Shown in pieces: positions 55,456 to 64,000 of a stretch of DNA of 64,000 nt. This DNA comes from Octopus sinensis. Its lineage: Eukaryota. The stretch covers positions 94,674,001-94,738,000 of the forward strand of contig NC_043000.1 in assembly GCF_006345805.1 (NCBI RefSeq), given 5' to 3'. Numbering within the stretch: position 1 is the stretch's first letter; every line of letters starts with the position of its first letter. The notes under the pieces are model-generated. The model was not told the DNA's origin. It saw nothing but the letters and a program-made list of their open reading frames with translations, and ran no database searches. A program made the translations under genes and the position numbers.

Positions 55456-55593
55456 GTAAATTTAGTTCAGAATTGTCGCTGTGGGAATCCTAAGATCGAT
55501 TAGAAATCTTTCAAAATCATCGCTTGTCTTTTCGCACAAGAGCCTAAAGATGATGAGTTTTATTGGTGCTACATATTTGTAATGAAAAGGACA

Positions 55594-56757
55594 TCTCTCT
55601 ATATATAAACGGCAGTTTGTCTGTCTGTGTGTCTGTGTGTCTGTCAGGTTGTACCCTCACCCTGACCACGGCTTTCAACCGATTCTGATGAAACTTGACA
55701 CACACATAGCCCAATGTCATAATTCAAAACTAACGCAGCAAAAATTTTGAAAAGTTCCCCCGGTTCTGAAAAAAATCGATAAATTCGACATGGGGTCGAG
55801 AATCTAAGCTTTTTATATGCAACACATTTTCTGTTGTAGTTTTCGCAACTTGCAATCGATTTTCACCAAACTCATGGTGAAGCTTAATGTTACCCTAAGA
55901 AACTTATTTCTGACGTTAGTCTTCCATGCAATACCTTACCATCAGAAAAAATCGATAAAATCATGCCATTTTGGGAAATCGCGTTCAAATTCACGATGAC
56001 ATATTTTCGACAATATTTTTCACAAATTGGCAGCAATTTTTTTAAAAATTCACAGTGAGCATCATGTCTGCCCCAAGGAGCTATATGACCCTTTTTATTC
56101 CAATAGGAAACTTTATTACTGGAAAAAATCGGTTAATTAAATCATATGTGGCACACATAGCAAACCGATTTGTGTATTAAACACAAACCACAGACTGTCT
56201 AAGGGACGCAACTCGACCTTTTTAACTCTCGGAACACGTGGGGTAAGTATCCCAAAATGTATAAAAATGTACAAAATTGGCAAAAAAGCGGGCAGCAATG
56301 TGAGTGATAACAACGAAAAAGTCAAAAGTGACCAAACTGAACAAACGAATGGAAAACGTTTTTTGGTGCACACGACAAAAGCGGTTTATAATAAACCAAG
56401 AGTTTGCAAGTAGCGTTCGAGGACCCTTAGGGTACGTCAAAAATTTAAGGTAAAACGTTTGGGGTGGTAGTTATAAAGAAGGTTTAAACAAAAAAATTAT
56501 TCGAATAACTTGCGGCTGCAGCAGCTATTAGTAGAAGTATCGGTGTTGGGGGTAAAGTCTCGAATGTAATTTCTTCCTGGTAGGAATTGGTTGGGTTGAA
56601 TTATCGATAGCTGTTTGATAGTTATTTGGGAGTGAAGAGAAGACACTTCAACCTACACATGCGCCTTCGTTCCCTAGAGGGAAAGGACTAGATTGGGATT
56701 AGTCGTTGCCTACTAGGGGCTCTTACATACCCGGGCAACGCCGGGCTATGCTGCTAG
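55594..56757 (+). mobile_element. Non-autonomous Helitron, both ends intact
   Basis: A|TCTCTCTATATATAAAC start; CCCGG-GCAACG-CCGGG hairpin then CTGCTAG|T end. Confidence 0.88.
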
Positions 56758-57049
56758 TCTTATCATAAACGCAACACTTGGTTAACTATATTGTATACAT
56801 CAGAAATTTTGAATCATTTCCAGACATTTGCAATAACCAACGACAAAGCCTGAATCAAAATGGATTCAGATTACCAAGATTAATGGAACTGCTTCCATTG
56901 TCCAGCAAAATTTATTGGCATTACAGCTCATTCAAATGTGTGTCCTACAATTTTCTCCCACAGCGATTATTCTTGAAGTATTGATGCTAGCAATTAACTG
57001 GTAAAAACAATTAGTGATTGTGGTTTCAAATATTGAGATGATGTGCGCC

Positions 57050-57435
57050 AGCGTAGTTCTGTTGTAAGAAGCTTGCTTCCCAGTTATATGGTTCCGTGTT
57101 CAGTCCCACTGCGTGACACTTTGGCTACCCAAGTTTTGTAGATTTATTTGGTAATGGAAATTGGAAACAGAGCGTCATATTTATATATCTATTCGTGTGT
57201 GTGTGTGTGTGTCGTTGTGTATGTGTTTTCTGTCACCACCGCTTAACAACCGGTATTGGTGTGTTTATATCCTCATAACTTAGCGGTTCGGCAAAAGGGT
57301 GATATTGCATAAGTACCAGGCTTTACAAAAACGATAAATACCGGGATCGATTCGTTCGATTTAAATTCAAGGTGGTGCCCCAGCATGGCAGCAGTCTAAT
57401 GACTGAATCAAGGCAAAAGATTAAAGATAAAAGAT
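57050..57435 (+). mobile_element. SINE family A, diverged
   Basis: GTTCCGTGTTCAGTCCCACTGCG head; CTTAGCGGTTCGGCAAAAG body; CCCAGCATGGC tail. Confidence 0.85.
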
Positions 57436-59241
57436 GTGTGTGTATGTAAGTAGGGTTGGGGTACGCCTGTATGCCTGTATTTATGTATGTTTATCATTGA
57501 GCTTTGTTTAACTTTTTTAGAAAGTTCAAACCAGTCGTTAGCAAAGTGTCACGACTTCTTGAGTTAAAAGAGTTTCCAACCTTTGTAAATATGTGATGGA
57601 GCTGGTGTTTTAATTGAACCATCGAAGCACACAATTAAGTGTGCGTATCTCTTCATCTAACGAATTTCAGATGACAGTATGTATGTGTGTGTTTGAAGAA
57701 TCCTGTGAATAATACAAGTTATAAGTTAGGAAAAATATATAATGCGATCTTAATAAATGAAAGCAAAAAGATATTTTATTTCTTTACGTAGATTGTTTAA
57801 TGATTCTATAATATTTCGGGTGCGAGTCTCTTTTACACATAAAAGACGACGATAATTAAATAATTTGGGCAAAATGTGGGTTATATGCGTGTCTATATCC
57901 GTTTGTGTGTATGCATGTGTGTTTGTGTTTGTGTGTGTGTGTATATGTGTGTGTATGTGTGTGTGTGAAGCTGATGATCGCACAGTTTGTGGCTTTTGCA
58001 AAATGCTTTACCGTTTGATGGCAAGAGCATGATGTTTCCAGGCGACTTTTTTACAATTATTTCTTAAAGAAAATGAAATAAACTGCTACCATGAAGATAG
58101 TTGCGTCTCTTGTTCATTTTGAGAAAGACATGATATTTGTTTGAGAAAAGAACATTATTGTCACTGGAGCGTTTTTGTTTTACTTTGTGGTGGTGGTGAA
58201 GAGAAGAAACAGCTGGAAACTCAAACCAAATCTAAACTTCCAATTAGCGTTAAGGTTTTACTGAATGTACGTGATATGGTGAATTAAGTTTTTGCAGCTT
58301 ATAGTAATTTGCATACTTCACAATCTGAACGATACCTTTCCTCACCAATGATGATGTGGTGAATCGGTAAATAAGAAAATAATGAATATTTCGTTGTATC
58401 TCAGGAAGAGTATTTTGTCAATAATAAGCACACGTAGTGGTCAAATTTCACTTCTTAATTTTTTATCAATTGGTTAGCTATTTAGCCACACAACCAGTTG
58501 CCTGTTTTACTAATCATTCGGTTTATCAATACATCAGTTGTGCTGAGTGATTTATTAACTGAATGATTAATCAACAGTCGGTTAGTTAGTTATCTAACCA
58601 ACTGACGAGTAGTAAATAAGCAAAATTAACCAGTGATTGTGATTATTATTGGTATAATTCCCGAGGCAACAAAATCTGTTTCAACACACACGGTCACATC
58701 AAGAATTTTGCAAAATTATACGAAGCCGAAATCATTAATATATTTGAGGGAAGTCGATCACAAAATCCTTGATTTTTGTGCTGATTATAATTTGTCTGAG
58801 CAATTATCTATTGGAGTTCCTAAACAACTGAAACTTTGATGGAGTGCCTCAAACTTATTTGGCCTCGATGAAGGGATGTGTTCTAATGCTATTACAAAAC
58901 TTAAATGAGTCTAATGGACTATATATTGGAAATGAATTCGAAACCTTCATTTAAATAAACGTTTAATTGAAAGCATAATTACTACAGAACGTGCACATTA
59001 TTCAAAACAGTTCATTGCACCAAGAGTCAAATGGAGGTGGTGTGCTACTACTTTACTATATATTTTTACACGATTACAGTTTCCATTTTGATAGAGTTTG
59101 TAATGACTATCAATAAGTCACATTGTCGGTCGTTTCCAATTAAAATCAACCATCTCATTTCCAACCAATCTATTCCATTTGCTTGTGGGTAATTGTGTGT
59201 TTTTCTGTCAAGTACTACACAGCCTACTGCAGGAAGAATTA

Positions 59242-60720
59242 CACTGGTCAACCAAAATTTTCTTTTGAAATGGTGTCGAGACACCTAACATCTTTTTAGC
59301 TATTTTGAGGGCGCTGAATTTGAAAATGACCTCACTTTTCTTGGTTAGCTACCGTTTTTGCTGTACAGAAATGCCTCATTTTTGGAAAGAAAAGCATTTG
59401 TTATTGATCCATGGCAATATTTCTCAAAGTAAAATCGTAGAAACCTCTCAATTCGTATATAAACCAACAAATATTGGTCTGCTTATTGAGAAATACTCTT
59501 TTTGCATAAACAATCAGACCCTAAGTCTTTAAAAATGACACGACTGAATACACCAAGACCAACAAGTATTTTCATCAAATCATTAAATAAACTGACAGCA
59601 GAAATAAAACCTTCGTGAACATAAGAACTAAGGTAAAAATTTTCTCTTTCTTGATTGTCTGTCATGTTCAATGTTATGTAAGTCCCTTTTGATACTCCAG
59701 CAGTACTCAGCTATCATTCGTTTATCTCACTGTCCCTGGTAGCGCTCTTCCATTGTTTTGATATCCTGATGGAATCGTTCTCCTTGGTCATCACTCACAT
59801 CCCCGCAATAATCCGAAAATTTATCTAGATAAAAAATGAACCCTAATACTCATATTTTTTTCTGTAGTCTTGTCAACAGCTTTTCCATTAACTCCTTGTA
59901 GTTTTCGGCCCGGTGATTGCCTAAGAAGTTTTCAGCACGTCAACAAACGATGTCCAAGTGTGTAATTCCAAGTCATTCATTGAATTTACAAACTCATCAT
60001 TCTTAATGAGTTTCCTGATTTCAGAACCATCAAACACACCTGCTTTGAGTTTTTCGGTGCTAAGTCCTGGAAATGATTTACATATATGCTCAAAACATTT
60101 ACATTCTTTGTCGAGTGATTTTACATACTGCTTCATTAATCTCAATTTCATATGCAAGGGAGGGAAGATGATTTTTTCTTTCGGAACTAGCACTGTGCTA
60201 ATAACGTTCTTTTCACTGTCCTTCAACTCTCGGGATGGTCAATCTTTCCATTTCCAATGCTCTTCTTTCGGTCAACTGTCCCACATACACAAAAAAAAAA
60301 CATGGCAATTTTGTGTAGCCACTTTGTTGACAAAGTAGGAAATTTACCATTTTCAAATCGACACATAACACCCATTTATGTTTGGTGTAGTCAATCTGTT
60401 CCATAACGTGTTTTGATGGCATCATGTTTTTCTTTCAGTGTTGTTGAATGACCTATAGGTATTGGTGCATACATGTTGGTATTATGGAACAAAACACATT
60501 ACAAACTACGCTCTGAACTATCAATGAACATCCTCCATTCATCAGGATCGTATTTGTGGACACCTAGTCGAAGTAGAACGCTCTTAAAACACGTGTTTTG
60601 TTTCTTGGCACCAAAAATCGTGTTGACCAGTGTTACCAATAGCACTAAATTTCACATATATTGTACATTCTGAGGTTTTACTGCGAAGCTGTTTTCTTAA
60701 CTCTTACAACATCAGATTAC
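59242..60720 (-). mobile_element. Second Chapaev-3-like transposon, 3' two-thirds with terminus
   Basis: WRMFIDSSERSL, WVLCVDLKMVNFLL.QQSGYTKLPCF, PPLHMKL.LMKQYVKSL, SDDQGERFHQDIKTMEERYQG; terminus CACTGG at 59242. Confidence 0.85.
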
Positions 60721-60975
60721 ATAACTCAAATCTTAAAAATAAAAATGGAACATCGTGCTCTTAAAAAAAAAAGAATCGTTTTCATTATTATCAACGACAA
60801 CAGCTGCTGTTGAGTAGAGCGACAGAGGATACACTTTCCAGTCTTATAAGTAATATTTTAACTGCATATCCACTGAGAGGTATTTCGGCATATTAGTGAG
60901 AAACCGCAATCTGACGTAGTAAAAATGTTCAATAATTCCTCTTGGTTTCCAATTATTTGTGTGTATTTATATTTA

Positions 60976-62232
60976 TGAGTGTGGGCTTAAAAGTTCATAG
61001 GCTAACTGTGAAGGAATGATGCTACAGCTGTGAAATCACAGCTGCATTAATGTTGACTCCTCTTCTTAACAATTGCATTGCTTTTCTAGCTAAACTGATA
61101 TCCGATTGTTCAAAGAAGGCTTGAGAAACAACTAGTAGCCACTTCTATTGAAAATCGACAAAATTTGGCATCGCAGAGTTATCAAGTACTTGCAGATAAA
61201 AGTTGTGTCCCCGAAGGATATTCAAGCTCAAATTAGACGATGACGCTCCAGCTTTATCAACAGTGCAAATGTGGGCGGCTGAATTTACGATTGGAAGGGA
61301 GAGTGTTGTTGACGACCCACGGTCTGGACGTTCTGCAACTGCCACCACCGAGGAAAACATTGCTCGTGTTCACCACATGATCATAGATGACAGGCGATTG
61401 ACTATAAATAAAACATCCAATACTACTAAGAAATCCCATGAGTATGTTAAGAATATACTATGCAATGAACTTTGCATGACGTCTTCTGACACCTGATCAA
61501 AATCGCCTACCCCGTTCCCGCTGATCGTGCCGCGTAAAAACCTGATGTCTGAGTAAGATCCAGTTAGTTTGTTTGAACATTTCCTAACCCAGGATCAGTG
61601 TTGTGTTCATCACTTTGATCCAGAGACAAAGAGAAAATCCATGTAATGGAATCACGCCACTCACCTGCCCCACAGAAAACCAAGGTCATTTCTTCAGCAG
61701 GGATGGTGTTCATTTTGGGGCATGTAATAGGAATTGTATTATTGAGTATCTTCAAAAGGGTCACACTATCAATGAAGAGTACTATGTCAACTTTCTGAGG
61801 CAGTTACGAAAGGCTATGAAGACGAAACGCCCAGGAAAATTGGCGAAAGGTGTCTTGTTTCATCAGGACAGTTCTTTAGTACACAAGTCCTTTGTTTCAG
61901 TAGCTGCTGAGCGTCGCACTAACTTTGAACTGGCTAATCACTATTCCAATGCTCCTGATTTGGCCCCATCCAACTATCATCTATTCCCCAACATGAAAAA
62001 ACTCCTGGCTGGAAAGCTGTGTCGCAGGAATGATAACGTTATACCTGCTGTTGACGACTGTTTGTTTTTACCATTAGGACGAAATCATCTTCACCAACAG
62101 GATCCAAGCACTGCAACACCGATGGAAGAAGTGTGTGGACTACAAGGGAGACTATATTGAAAAATAAACCTCATTTGGTCACAATCCACGAGAATATCTT
62201 TATCTGTCTATGAACTTTTCAGCTGACCCTCG
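60976..62232 (+). mobile_element. mariner transposon, near full length, degenerate
   Basis: DDPRSGRSAT, GVLFHQD, PDLAPSNYHLFPNMKK; TA-flanked TIRs ..AAAAGTTCATAG / CTATGAACTTTTCAGCTGACCCTCG. Confidence 0.9.
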
Positions 62233-62561
62233 TAAACTAACGAATCTATCTTGAAAATAAATAAACATTTATTTATTTCGATTGATTGATTATAGGAAAT
62301 TTTCAGCAATTCAAAATTTTTATGGTAGTTAGTTTTACTATCTTCATGTTTATGATAAAATTATTGTAGACATCAGAATATTAAATTCTTGACATTATAC
62401 AACATATAAAGATATTGATGATGCACATACATGTGTGATGGTAAATATTTCATATTTCTTGTAAGCAATAAATTCGTAATTTGTCCAGCCGTGCTAGTAG
62501 ATTTCACATAGGTACAGGAAGCCTACACATACATAGATACATATATGCACACACACATATT

Positions 62562-62595
<34 letters not shown>

Positions 62596-62761
62596 CACTC
62601 TCTCTCAATAATACATATATATATATAAAACCACTAAGACGTCTCGGAAACCAACTGAGAAAATCAGCTGTGAATGTTACTTATATCGTGTTTTTTTCTT
62701 TCTCCCTTTTCTGTTTTCGCCCAAATTTTCATCTGATTTTCCTTCTCTGTCTAACATTTGA

Positions 62762-63185
62762 AGTGGCAGTTTGGTAAGTAGCTTGTTTACCAACCACATG
62801 GTTCCGGGTTCAGTCCTACTGCGTGGCACATTGGCCAGGTGTCTTCTACTATAGCCTCGGGCTGACCACAGCCTTGTGAGTGGATTTGGTAGACGGAAAC
62901 TGAAAGAAGCCCGTCGTATATATGTATATATATGCATGTGTGTGTTTGTGTTTGTCCCCCTAGCATTGCTTGACAAGCGATGCTGGTGTGTTTATGTCCC
63001 CGTTACTTAGCGGTTCGGCAAAAGAGACCAATAGAATAAGTACTGGGCTTACAAAAGAATAAGTCCCGGGGTCGAGTTGCTCGATTAAAGGCGGTGCTCC
63101 AGCATGGCCGCAGTCAAATGACTGAAACAAGTAAAAGAGTAAAAGAGTAAAAGAGTAAAAGAGTAAAGAGTAAAGAGTAAAGAGT
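62762..63185 (+). mobile_element. SINE family A, full length with (GTAAAAGA)n tail
   Basis: Complete head, central and tail modules, close to the other well-preserved copies. Confidence 0.93.
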
Positions 63186-63198
63186 ATATATATATATA

Positions 63199-63273
<75 letters not shown>

Positions 63274-63329
63274 ATATATTATATATATATTTCTTAAGAG
63301 TGCATAGGCTGACAGCCAGACAGACAATC

Positions 63330-63419
<90 letters not shown>

Positions 63420-64000
63420 ATGGATATTCCTAGTTGGCTGTTGAATAAAGCGAGCTACTGTTGAATTAAGTGCCATGCTGAGAAACTACGATGCACTTTC
63501 AGCGATTTCGAAGATAACATTTGATAAACAAGCCGATAAGTCTTCTATTCTGAAAGATCATAGCAGAACGTAGAAACTGTTACAAAATTCCCTTTACCTG
63601 CAAAAACATGGGGCTAAAATGAGTCTCTTAACACAATAATACAACTTTCACAGTACAAATTCTATATCAGATGTTGCTAATATGATAATACGGATTACAG
63701 TTCACATTTCAATAGATAATGGTAGCAATTCAATATATAGATATATGATAAACATGATATTGAGCAGAATAGCATTATGCTTCTATATTGATCTAAAACA
63801 GAGAAAATTAGGCAGTAACTCTAACACTGCTTCCATCAATCAATGCCGACGACACTTGAGAAACAGAGATATTAATGTGAAAAGCGTGTACGTTACAGCA
63901 TGAAATGTCATAACTAAAATATTATATTTGTACTGTTTCTGAACTTTTTCATGTCATATAGGATTTATTTTTCATTTGTGCGTTACTATAGGATCTGAGG

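Noticed and set aside
56820-63600. Further AG-preceded short frames at about 56826, 58298 and 63433 as exons of the putative gene
   Set aside because: Each needs a frameshift or contains stops, and none resembles a known protein. Such frames are expected by chance.

Overview
AT-rich, microsatellite-dense eukaryotic DNA made almost entirely of transposon debris. The three tRNA-derived SINE families match what I recall from Octopus genomes; this is a recollection, not a database hit. No host protein-coding gene can be reconstructed, and most of the ORF track is (TA)n/(TG)n/(GATA)n artefact. Recognisable elements are Penelope-like retroelements (PLE: RT, GIY-YIG, N-terminus), R4/Dong, CR1 and RTE LINE fragments, three mariner copies plus MITEs, hAT and Chapaev-3-like remnants, Helitrons, and many SINE copies. 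The main unexplained signal is a high density of type I hammerhead ribozyme (HHR) motifs: five with an intact core, two with a shared U4C core variant, and about six halves or degenerate copies. They lie in short non-coding, (TA)n-associated elements of three kinds: (i) terminally redundant 431-nt and 489-nt monomers resembling retrozymes or circular-RNA-derived inserts, (ii) head-to-head palindromes, and (iii) a family with a covarying hairpin module downstream of the HHR. Two LINE 5' junctions also carry inverted duplications of local flanking DNA.
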